Assembly (NCBI GenBank): GCA_964247055.1
Contig: OZ176052.1
Coordinates: 13,950,001-14,014,000, forward strand
Length of the DNA stretch: 64,000 nt
DNA from: Paragordius varius
Lineage: Eukaryota; Animalia; Nematomorpha
Direction: 5' to 3'
A program made the position numbers and the translations under genes. The notes beneath the pieces are model-generated. The model had not been told where the DNA came from and searched no databases. It saw nothing but the letters and a program-made list of their open reading frames with translations. Position 1 is the stretch's first letter. The number at the start of each line of letters is the position of its first letter. Shown here one piece after another: positions 26,311 to 36,600 of this stretch.

Positions 26311-28641
26311 ATGGAAAAAATAAGTATTGAAAGTTATAAAATCAATAATAATTTTACGGAATATATTAAATATTTACGAAGAAATTTAGTAATTAAAGGA
26401 ATACAGGATAATAATGAAAATATTAAAGCCATCTTTCTTGCCCAATCCGGTATTGATAACATTTCTAAAATGGAACAATTCTTTTACCCCGTTAATATTG
26501 AAAACATATCTTGGGAGGAGATTTATGAAGCTGGGGTGAAAATATTTCAGCCAACCAAAAATACTTTTTTTTCCCGATTCGAATTTTTTAGAGCGGAACG
26601 ATTAGCGGGTGAAGGATTCTTGGAATTTTTTATAAGACTCAAAAATATGGCCGCTGCATGCGAATTCAAAGGAAACGTTGACGAATTAATACGGGACGTG
26701 TTTATATGTGGGTTGAAGGAGAAAAAACTAGAGACTGAACTGCTGAACAGGTACCCAAAGGCATTAGACAACGACATACCAGTGGGATTAAATAAGGTTC
26801 TAAATCTGGCATTAGCGTATGAAAATTCTCACCTGGAAGTGAACTCAGTGAGAGCAATATATAATAATGAAAGTATTAATAATGGTAATAATAATGGTAT
26901 TACTAATGGTAATAATAATGAAACTTTTAATGATGGTAGTATTAATAATAATGAAATATATCTGGTAAGACGCAAACCTGTCGTAAAATCGTGTTTTAAA
27001 TGCGGTCGCGCCCACAAATACGGATGCTGCCCAGCATTTGGGAAGGTATGTTTCAAATGTCAGGGTAGAAATCATTTCGGAAGCCAATGCCAAAACAAAT
27101 ATGCTGGCAATAACAGGTATGTGAATAATATCGTAAATAAACCTAAAATAAATGTAAAAATAAACTCAACCCACGTCGAAAGGTTATTCGACACGGGGGC
27201 CGACATATCTTTAATAAATTTTAGCACGTGGGTTAAAATAGGAAAGCCTAAAATAAAACCCATTTATTTTAACGTAAACACTTATGATAATAATCCTTTA
27301 CACATAATAGGAGAGACAACTGTAACTCTTGAATTAAATAAATTAAAAAAGATAACAAAATGCTTTATTACGAAGAGACATCTTCCTCTAATATTTGGCA
27401 TGGATTGGATCCAGCTATTCAATATCTCATTGCCTAACGAATTATATATTAATAAATTATATCACACAAATGATATTTACAATAAATTTAAGTCTTTATT
27501 TGATAACAAATTGGGTTGTTGGAAAGGGGAACCCATAAAGATATTTTTAGAAAACAATAGTAGGGGACGGGTATTTCCGGCTAGAAGGGTTCCCTTGGCC
27601 TTACAAGAGAAATTAAGTGAAGAGATCAAAAGGCTAGTATCCTTAAAAATTATTGAACCAGTAGACCCCAAGCAATCTAAAATTTGTTGGTCCAGTCCTA
27701 TAGTAAACGTATTAAAGTCAAATAATGAATTAAGAATATGCGCAGATTTTAAAGTGTCCATAAACAAATACATTAAAACACCTCAATATATAATACCCAC
27801 ATTTGATGATTTGATTTCCAAAATTTCACATGGTAAGACGTTTTCAACATTAGATTTAAAAGATGCTTATCTTCAGATTCCAGTGCATCCGGAATCTCAA
27901 AATCTTCTCACAATATCCACACCTCTTGGGTTTTTTAAATATACTAGGCTCCCTTTTGGTCTGTCGTGCGCACCTAGTTTTTTCCAACAAATCATGGATG
28001 AGCTATTAGGAGATTGTAAGGGAACAGCGGTCTATTTAGATGATGTAATTGTTACGGGGGAAACGGATGAGGAGCATTATAGAAACCTAACACAAGTATT
28101 TGAAAGATTAGAACGAATGGGTCTTAAATTAAAAAAAGATAAAATAAAGCTTTTTCAACAGGAAGTAGAATATTTGGGGTTTACTATATCAGAAAAAAGT
28201 ATAAAACCAGCGTGCAGTAAGATTAAAGCCATTCGCGAGTGTCCAGCCCCTAAAGATAAAACAAGTCTCCGTTCGTTTTTGGGCCTTTTAAACTTTCATT
28301 CACGATTTATACCTTCTCTAAATACAATTGTTAACGAACTCCATCAGCTAGCTGGTTCCAAAAAGAAATGGTGTTGGACCGAGGTACACCAAAATATTTT
28401 TGAAAGGGCGAAGCTATTAATAGGGAATAACAGCCGCCTCTTCCCTTTTAACCCCAGACTTCCCCTTATTCTAGAAACGGATGCATCTGGGGAGGGGTTT
28501 GGGGCCATTTTGTCGCACAGAACGTCGGAAGGTAAACGACCCATTGCATATTTTTCAAAAAAATGTTCCCCGGCAGGAAAAAAATTATTCGGTTATAGAA
28601 AAAGAGGCAAAAGCCATTGTATTGGCCCTAGAGAAATTTAA
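26311..28641 (+). CDS. Gag-protease-reverse transcriptase-N-terminal RNase H polyprotein; out of the pol frame after about 28576
   Basis: First ATG is at 26311 (the track opens at a TTG at 26287). Zinc knuckles 26992-27090, protease LFDTGAD (D codon at 27190), RT motifs LRICADF, LDLKDAYLQIP, RLPFGL and YLDD (28033-28044), RNase H ETDAS (28477-28488). Gag and pol are in one frame. Confidence 0.93.
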   Translation: MEKISIESYKINNNFTEYIKYLRRNLVIKGIQDNNENIKAIFLAQSGIDNISKMEQFFYPVNIENISWEEIYEAGVKIFQPTKNTFFSRFEFFRAERLAGEGFLEFFIRLKNMAAACEFKGNVDELIRDVFICGLKEKKLETELLNRYPKALDNDIPVGLNKVLNLALAYENSHLEVNSVRAIYNNESINNGNNNGITNGNNNETFNDGSINNNEIYLVRRKPVVKSCFKCGRAHKYGCCPAFGKVCFKCQGRNHFGSQCQNKYAGNNRYVNNIVNKPKINVKINSTHVERLFDTGADISLINFSTWVKIGKPKIKPIYFNVNTYDNNPLHIIGETTVTLELNKLKKITKCFITKRHLPLIFGMDWIQLFNISLPNELYINKLYHTNDIYNKFKSLFDNKLGCWKGEPIKIFLENNSRGRVFPARRVPLALQEKLSEEIKRLVSLKIIEPVDPKQSKICWSSPIVNVLKSNNELRICADFKVSINKYIKTPQYIIPTFDDLISKISHGKTFSTLDLKDAYLQIPVHPESQNLLTISTPLGFFKYTRLPFGLSCAPSFFQQIMDELLGDCKGTAVYLDDVIVTGETDEEHYRNLTQVFERLERMGLKLKKDKIKLFQQEVEYLGFTISEKSIKPACSKIKAIRECPAPKDKTSLRSFLGLLNFHSRFIPSLNTIVNELHQLAGSKKKWCWTEVHQNIFERAKLLIGNNSRLFPFNPRLPLILETDASGEGFGAILSHRTSEGKRPIAYFSKKCSPAGKKLFGYRKRGKSHCIGPREI
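26861..26955 (+). repeat. Degenerate (AAT)n repeat encoding an Asn/Gly-rich gag linker
   Basis: Encodes NNESINNGNNNGITNGNNNETFNDGSINNNE just upstream of the zinc knuckles. Confidence 0.85.
26992..27090 (+). other. Tandem nucleocapsid zinc knuckles
   Basis: CFKCGRAHKYGCC-PAFGKV-CFKCQGRNHFGSQC. Confidence 0.93.
28573..28585 (+). pseudogene. Single +1 frameshift splitting RNase H (GCA G GAA AAA AAT)
   Basis: ORF1 reads ...FSKKCSPA then diverges; ORF2 carries EKNYS. Removing one nucleotide gives an uninterrupted 1324-aa ORF from ATG 26311 to 30286. Confidence 0.88.
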
Positions 28642-30286
28642 AACATTTTTATATGGCAGAAAATTTGAGATTAGAACAGATCATAAACCTCTTATCAAAT
28701 TATTCGGGCAGCAACGTGTATTAAGCGAGCTAAACAATAGTAAATTGCTAAGATGGATTTCAAAAACATCCATTTTCGACTTCAACATAATGTACTACCC
28801 AGGAACCGAAAATCTAGCAGATTCACTATCAAGACTACCAACTGAGATAACTGAAGAATGTGACAATGACGAGGATATAGCGCAGGAGGTCCGGTTGCTA
28901 TGGTGTCAGGAGTTAAACTTAAACAAGGAGAGGGTGCTTAAGGAAACTATGAGCGATGAGACGTGTAAACAGATTAAAGCAGCACGAAAGACTAATGATT
29001 GGTCTCATCCGGGGGTGCAGTCCTATAAACCACTGAGGAATGATATCGAAGAATCATACGGCCTTCTATATTTAGGTGACCGCCTTATTGTGCCTCAAAG
29101 CATGAGGGTTGATGTTCTTAACTATCTTCATAAAGGTCACCCGGGTATACAGTCCATGAAAGCGTTAGGTAAGAGTGGTGTGTTTTGGCCGAATATGAAC
29201 CAGGAAATCGAAAAATGGGTGCAAGGCTGCTCAAATTGTCAAAAGTCACGGTTTAACATTGCAGTAAGCCCGACGTATAAATGGAACCCGAACACCACCG
29301 TTTGGGAGCGATTGCATCTCGATATAGCGGGGCCCGTAGATAACCTTTACTGGGTCATACTTATAGATCACTGCACCCGTTGGGTGGAAGTAGCACAGCT
29401 TAAAACAGTGAACTCGATCAGTATTTTGAAAGTTTTAGAAGGTTGGTTTGCACGATATGGCACCCCAGAGATGATCGTAACTGATAATGCGTCGTATTTT
29501 AAGTCCGGTGATTTTGAAAGAATATTAAGTTCCTCTAATATCAAGCATGTAACCTCTGCGCCATACCACCCTCGGACAAATGGTTTAGTGGAAAGGGTCA
29601 TTCAAACATTGAAAACGCACTATTATATGTGTTCTGAAGTAGCAGATCCAGAACGCCGGTTAAACCAGGTACTGTGGGCTTACAGATCAGCACATCACAA
29701 TGGTATAAATGAGACACCTGCACGACTATTCCTAAAACGAAATATACCGACTCCGCTGTCTTGGATGAAAGGCAAACCAAAGGATTATATCGATGGTACC
29801 TCAGATATTATACGTGAGTTCGTTCCAGGTGAGAAAGTGTTTATAAAAAATGAGTTGGAAGCCGGTTGGCGAGAGGGAAAAGTTGTAGAGCGGACTGGAT
29901 TATTGTCCTACAATATCGAAGATAGAGGTAGGGTTTTACGAAAGCATACGGATCAATTAAGAAGGCGAAAAGAAGGTCCCGATGAACTTAAGCTAGACGA
30001 CCCGAAAGAATTGGATAAGCTAGACGACCCGAAAGAATTGGAATCGGTACAACAGAATAATAATGATAATATCATAGCCACCCCATTGCATGGTCCTCCT
30101 ATTGATGACAATATTAATAATGATGATACCAATCCTTCCCCGGATATTTGTCAAGATTTCCACAATAATCAGCAAAGTCCCAACGGCGATAAGATTGCAG
30201 AACCCCCAAGCTTTGAAGTACCAGTGGAGAGACGCTATCCAACCAGAAACCGAAAAGCCCCTGACAGATACACAAATCACTTTTAA
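28577..30286 (+). CDS. C-terminal RNase H plus integrase; continuation of pol in the +1 frame
   Basis: EKNYSVIEKE and TDHKPL (RNase H); HKGHPG...CSNC (HHCC zinc finger); LHLDIAGP, VTDNA and NGLVER (DDE core). Stop TAA at 30284-30286. The track start at 28481 is not a credible initiator because the homologous sequence begins only at about 28577. Confidence 0.92.
   Translation, partial: EKNYSVIEKEAKAIVLALEKFKTFLYGRKFEIRTDHKPLIKLFGQQRVLSELNNSKLLRWISKTSIFDFNIMYYPGTENLADSLSRLPTEITEECDNDEDIAQEVRLLWCQELNLNKERVLKETMSDETCKQIKAARKTNDWSHPGVQSYKPLRNDIEESYGLLYLGDRLIVPQSMRVDVLNYLHKGHPGIQSMKALGKSGVFWPNMNQEIEKWVQGCSNCQKSRFNIAVSPTYKWNPNTTVWERLHLDIAGPVDNLYWVILIDHCTRWVEVAQLKTVNSISILKVLEGWFARYGTPEMIVTDNASYFKSGDFERILSSSNIKHVTSAPYHPRTNGLVERVIQTLKTHYYMCSEVADPERRLNQVLWAYRSAHHNGINETPARLFLKRNIPTPLSWMKGKPKDYIDGTSDIIREFVPGEKVFIKNELEAGWREGKVVERTGLLSYNIEDRGRVLRKHTDQLRRRKEGPDELKLDDPKELDKLDDPKELESVQQNNNDNIIATPLHGPPIDDNINNDDTNPSPDICQDFHNNQQSPNGDKIAEPPSFEVPVERRYPTRNRKAPDRYTNHF
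29989..30042 (+). repeat. Perfect 2 x 27-bp in-frame duplication in the integrase C-terminal tail (KLDDPKELD / KLDDPKELE)
   Basis: TAAGCTAGACGACCCGAAAGAATTGGA at 29989-30015 and 30016-30042. Confidence 0.95.
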
Positions 30287-30289
30287 ATT

Positions 30290-30301
30290 AGATAGGAGAT
30301 A
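30290..30301 (+). promoter_or_regulatory. Polypurine tract
   Basis: AGATAGGAGATA abuts the 3' LTR; 10 of 12 bases are purines. Confidence 0.7.
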
Positions 30302-30617
30302 TGTTATGTATAATAACTTATTTGTTTTTGTTAACTTAACTCAATTAATCTTATTTTAGTTACCTTTGAAAATATAATTTGTGCATAATACACCTTTATA
30401 CTTGTTACGCTAAAAATGTATATTATCTTGGTTGTGAATGCTTTTACCTAAATAATGTAATATTGAACCTTATGCAAATATATAACTTGTGAATGCTTTC
30501 ATCTAAATATTGAAATATTTAACCTTATGCAAAAATGCAACCTCGCTCTAAAACTATATATAATGGAACATAGTTTTTTTAAAAAAAAAAATAAATTCCT
30601 TTTTTCCACTTATTACA
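30302..30617 (+). repeat. 3' LTR, 316 bp
   Basis: Identical to the 5' LTR by manual alignment, except A11 (30581-30591) in place of ATGAG+A7 (26225-26236). Confidence 0.97.
30590..30595 (+). terminator. Candidate polyadenylation signal AATAAA in the 3' LTR (also 26235-26240 in the 5' LTR)
   Basis: AATAAA lies 22 nt before the LTR end. Confidence 0.5.
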
Positions 30618-30622
30618 GGTAG
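30618..30622 (+). other. Right target-site duplication GGTAG
   Basis: TTACA|GGTAG ccattttt. Confidence 0.95.
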
Positions 30623-33600
30623 CCATTTTTATTTTTAAAATCGTATAAAATAAATTTTTTAAATGTTTAAAAAATTCAAAAAAAAACATTTATACTCCGA
30701 TCTCGAAAATATTTGGGGTGATGATGGAATTACCATAGGGCTACCCAAAAAAAATTATGGCGACATCACCTGATCAAATTTGGATTTTAGGTAGCCATTT
30801 TTATTTTTAAAATCGTATAAAATAAATTTTTTAAATGTTTAAAAAATTCATAAAAATTACATTTTTAGTCCGATCCCCAAAATATTTGGGGTGATGATGG
30901 AATTACCATAGGGCTACCCAAAAAAAATTATGGTGACATCACCTGATCAAATTTGGATTTTAGGTAGCCATTTTTATTTTTAATATCGTATAAAATAAAT
31001 TTTTTAAATATTTAAAAATTCATATAAATTACATTTATACTCTGATCTCGACAATATTTGGGGTGATGATGGAACTACCATAGGGCTACCCAAAAAAAAT
31101 TATAGTGACATCACCTGATCAAATTTGGATTTTAGGTAGCCATTTTTATTTTTAAAATCGTATAAAATAAATTTTTTAAATATTTAAAAAATTCATAAAA
31201 ATTACATTTATAGTCCGATCCCCAAAATATTTGGGGTGATGATGGAACAACCATAGGGCTACGCAAAAAAAATTATAGTGACATCACCTGATCAAATTTG
31301 GATTTTAGGTAGCCATTTTTATTTTTAAAATCGTATAAAATAAATTTTTTAAATATTTAAAAAATTCATAAAAATTACATTTATAGTCCGATCCCCAAAA
31401 TATTTGGGGTGATGATGGAACTACCATAGGGCTACCCAAAAAAAATTATAGTGACATCACCTGATCAAATTTGGATTTTAGGTAGCCATTTTTATTTTTA
31501 AATTCGTATAAAATAAATTTTTTAAATATTTAAAAAATTCATAAAAATTACATTTATAGTCCGATCCCCAAAATATTTTTGGGTTGATGATGGAACAACC
31601 ATAGGGCTACGCAAAAAAAATTATGGCGACATCACCTGATCAAATTTGGATTTTAGGTAGCCATTTTTATTTTTAAAATCGTATAAAATAAATTTTTTAA
31701 ATATTTAAAAAATTCTAAAAAATTACATTTATACTCCGATCTCGAAAATATTTGGGGTGATGATGGAACTACCATAGGGCTACCCAAAAAAAATTATGGC
31801 GACATCACCTGATCAAATTTGGATTTTAGGTAGCCATTTTTATTTTTAAAATCATATAAAATAAATTTTTTAAATATTTAAAAAATTCATAAAAATTACA
31901 TTTATACTCCGATCTCGAAAATATTTGGGGTGATAATGGAACTACCATAGGGCTACCCAAAATAAATTATAGTGACATCACCTGATCAAATTTGGATTTT
32001 AGGTAGCCATTTTTATTTTTAAAATCGTATAAAATAAATTTTTTAAATATTTAAAAAATTCATAAAAATTACATTTATAGTCCGATCCCCAAAATATTTG
32101 GGGTGATGATGGAACAACCATAGGGCTACGCAAAATAAATTATGGCGACATCACCTGATCAAATTTGGATTTTAGGTAGCCATTTTTATTTTTAAAATCG
32201 TATAAAATAAATTTTTTAAATATTTAAAAAATTCAAAAAAAAACATTTATACTCCGATCTCGAAAATATTTGGGATGATGATGGAACTACCATAGGGCTA
32301 CCCAAAAAAAATTATGGCGACATCACCTGATCAAATTTGGATTTTAGGTAGCCATTTTTATTTTTAAAATCGTATAAAATAAATTTTTTAAATGTTTAAA
32401 AAATTCATAAAAATTACATTTTTAGTCCGATCTCGAAAATATTTGGGGTGATGATGGAACTACCATAGGGCTACCCAAAAAAAATTATGGTGACATCACC
32501 TGATCAAATTTGGATTTTAGGTAGCCATTTTTATTTTTAATATAAATAAATTTTTTAAATATTTAAAAATTCATAAAAATTACATTTATACTCCGATCTC
32601 GAAAATATTTGGGGTGATGATGGAACTACCATAGGGCTACCCAAAAAAAATTATAGTGACATCACCTGATCAAATTTGGATTTTAGGTAGCCATTTTTAT
32701 TTTTAAAATCGTATAAAATAAATTTTTTAAATATTTAAAAAATTCATAAAAATTACATTTATACTCCGATCTCGACAATATTTGGGGTGATGATGGAACT
32801 ACCATAGGGCTACCCAAAAAAAATAGTGACATCACCTGATCAAATTTGGATTTTAGGTAGCCATTTTTATTTTTAAAATCGTATAAAATAAATTTTTTAA
32901 ATATTTAAAAAATTCATAAAAATTACATTTATAGTCCGATCCCCAAAATATTTGGGGTGATGATGGAACAACCATAGGGCTACGCAAAAAAAATTATGGC
33001 GACATCACCTGATCAAATTTGGATTTTAGGTAGCCATTTTTATTTTTAAAATCGTATAAAATAAATTTTTTAAATATTTAAAAAATTCATAAAAATTACA
33101 TTTATACTCCGATCTCGAAAATATTTGGGGTGATGATGGAACTACCATAGGGCTACCCAAAAAAAATTATAGTGACATCACCTGATCAAATATGGATTTT
33201 AGGTAGCCATTTTTATTTTTAAAATCGTATAAAATAAATTTTTTAAATATTTAAAAAATTCATAAAAATTACATTTATACTCCGATCTCGACAATATTTG
33301 GGGTGATGATGGAACTACCATAGGGCTACCCAAAAAAAATTATAGTGACATCACCTGATCAAATTTGGATTTTAGGTAGCCATTTTTATTTTTAAAATCG
33401 TATAAAATAAATTTTTTAAATATTTAAAAAATTCATAAAAATTACATTTATAGTCCGATCCACAAAATATTTGGGGTGATGATGGAACAACCATAGGGCT
33501 ACGCAAAAAAAATTATGGCGACATCACCTGATCAAATTTAGATTTTAGGTAGCCATTTTTATTTTTAAAATCGTATAAAATAAATTTTTTAAATATTTAA

Positions 33601-36600
33601 AAAATTCAAAAAAATTACATTTATACTCCGATCTCGAAAATATTTGGGGTGATGATGGAACTACCATAGGGCTACCCAAAAAAAATTATGGCGACATCAC
33701 CTGATCAAATTTGGATTTTAGGTAGCCATTTTTATTTTTAAAATCGTATAAAATAAATTTTTAAATATTTAAAAAATTCATAAAAATTACATTTATACTC
33801 CGATCTCGAAAATATTTGCGGTGATGATGGAACTACCATAGGGCTACCCAAAAAAAATTATAGTGACATCACCTGATCAAATTTGGATTTTAGGTAGCCA
33901 TTTTTATTTTTAAAATCGTATAAAATAAATTTTTTAAATATTTAAAAAATTCATAAAAATTACATTTATACTCCGATCTCGACAATATTTGAAGTGATGA
34001 TGGAACTACCATAGGGCTACCCAAAAAAAATTATAGTGACATCACCTGATCAAATTTGGATTTTAGGTAGCCATTTTTATTTTTAAAATCGTATAAAATA
34101 AATTTTTTAAATATTTAAAAAATTCATAAAAATTACATTTATAGTCCGATCTCGAAAATATTTGGGGTGATGATGGAACTACCATAGGGCTACCCAATAT
34201 AAATTATAGTGACATCACCTGATCAAATTTGGATTTTAGGTAGCCATTTTTATTTTTAAAATCGTATAAAATAAATTTTTTAAATATTTAAAAAATTCAT
34301 AAAAATTACATTTATACTCCGATCTCGACAATATTTGGGGTGATGATGGAACTACCATAGGGCTACCCAAAAAAAATTATAGTGACATCACCTGATCAAA
34401 TTTGGATTTTAGGTAGCCATTTTTATTTTTAAAATCGTATAAAATAAATTTTTTAAATATTTAAAAAATTCATAAAAATTACATTTATAGTCCGATCCCC
34501 AAAATATTTGGGGTGATGATGGAACAACCATAGGGCTACGCAAAAAAAATTATGGCGACATCACCTGATCAAATTTGGATTTTAGGTAGCCATTTTTATT
34601 TTTAAAATCGTATAAAATAAATTTTTTAAATATTTAAAAAATTCAAAAAAATTACATTTATACTCCGATCTCGAAAATATTTGGGGTGATGATGGAACTA
34701 CCATAGGGCTACCCAAAATAAATTATGGCGACATCACCTGATCAAATTTGGATTTTAGGTAGCCATTTTTATTTTTAAAATCGTATAAAATAATTTTTTT
34801 AAATATTTAAAAATTCATAAAAATTACATTTATACTCCGATCTCGAAAATATTTGGGGTAATGATGGAACTACCATAGGGCTACCCAAAAAAAATTATAG
34901 TGACATCACCTGATCAAATTTGGATTTTAGGTAGCCATTTTTATTTTTAAAATCGTATAAAATAAATTTTTTAAATATTTAAAAAATTCATAAAAATTAC
35001 ATTTATACTCCGATCTCGACAATATTTGGGGTGATGATGGAACTACCATAGGGCTACCCAAAAAAAATTATAGTGACATCACCTGATCAAATTTGGATTT
35101 TAGGTAGCCATTTTTATTTTTAAAATCGTATAAAATAAATTTTTTAAATATTTAAAAAATTCATAAAAATTACATTTATAGTCCGATCTCGAAAATATTT
35201 GGGGTGATGATGGAACTACCATAGGGCTACCCAATATAAATTATAGTGACATCACCTGATCAAATTTGGATTTTAGGTAGCCATTTTTATTTTTAAAATC
35301 GTATAAAATAAATTTTTTAAATATTTAAAAAATTCATAAAAATTACATTTATACTCCGATCTCGACAATATTTGGGGTGATGATGGAACTACCATAGGGC
35401 TACCCAAAAAAAATTATAGTGACATCACCTGATCAAATTTGGATTTTAGGTAGCCATTTTTATTTTTAAAATCGTATAAAATAAATTTTTTAAATATTTA
35501 AAAAATTCATAAAAATTACATTTATAGTCCGATCCCCAAAATATTTGGGGTGATGATGGAACAACCATAGGGCTACGCAAAAAAAATTATGGCGACATCA
35601 CCTGATCAAATTTGGATTTTAGGTAGCCATTTTTATTTTTAAAATCGTATAAAATAAATTTTTTAAATATTTAAAAAATTCAAAAAAATTACATTTATAC
35701 TCCGATCTCGAAAATATTTGGGGTGATGATGGAACTACCATAGGGCTACCCAAAATAAATTATGGCGACATCACCTGATCAAATTTGGATTTTAGGTAGC
35801 CATTTTTATTTTTAAAATCGTATAAAATAAATTTTTTAAATATTTAAAAATTCATAAAAATTACATTTATACTCCGATCTCGAAAATATTTGGGGTAATG
35901 ATGGAACTACCATAGGGCTACCCAAAAAAAATTATAGTGACATCACCTGATCAAATTTGGATTTTAGGTAGCCATTTTTATTTTTAAAATCGTATAAAAT
36001 AAATTTTTTAAATATTTAAAAAATTCATAAAAATTACATTTATACTCCGATCTCGACAATATTTGGGGTGATGATGGAACTACCATAGGGCTACCCAAAA
36101 AAAATTATAGTGACATCACCTGATCAAATTTGGATTTTAGGTAGCCATTTTTATTTTTAAAATCGTATAAAATAAATTTTTTAAATATTTAAAAAATTCA
36201 TAAAAATTACATTTATAGTCGGATCCACAAAATATTTGGGGTGATGATGGAACAACCATAGGGCTACGCAAAAAAAATTATGGCGACATCACCTGATCAA
36301 ATTTAGATTTTAGGTAGCCATTTTTATTTTTAAAATCGTATAAAATAAATATTTTAAATATTTAAAAAATTCAAAAAAATTACATTTATACTCCGATCTC
36401 GAAAATATTTGGGGTGATGATGGAACTACCATAGGGCTACCCAAAATAAATTATGGCGACATCACCTGATCAAATTTGGATTTTAGGTAGCCATTTTTAT
36501 TTTTAAAATCGTATAAAATAAATTTTTTAAATATTTAAAAATTCATAAAAATTACATTTATACTCCGATCTCGAAAATATTTGGGGTAATGATGGAACTA

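Larger units (their letters stand above)
25946..30617 (+). mobile_element. Full-length Ty3/Gypsy LTR retrotransposon, 4672 bp, probably Mag clade
   Basis: Two near-identical LTRs with TG...CA ends, 5-bp TSD, and domain order PR-RT-RH-IN (Ty3/Gypsy). Mag-like traits: tandem knuckles CX2CX3HX4C + CX2CX4HX4C linked by PAFGKV, IRDVFICGL in gag, and a W..G.V...G..SY......RKH.DQLR integrase C-terminus. Clade assigned from motif recall, not a tree. Confidence 0.96.

Noticed and set aside
26547-30280. Ten short minus-strand ORFs (60-98 aa) in the track
   Set aside because: All are antisense to gag-pol with no recognisable motifs, as expected for shadow ORFs.
30090-30359. 89-aa plus-strand ORF running into the 3' LTR as a possible env or accessory gene
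   Set aside because: It overlaps the low-complexity integrase tail out of frame and crosses the PPT and LTR; it is too short and has no env features.
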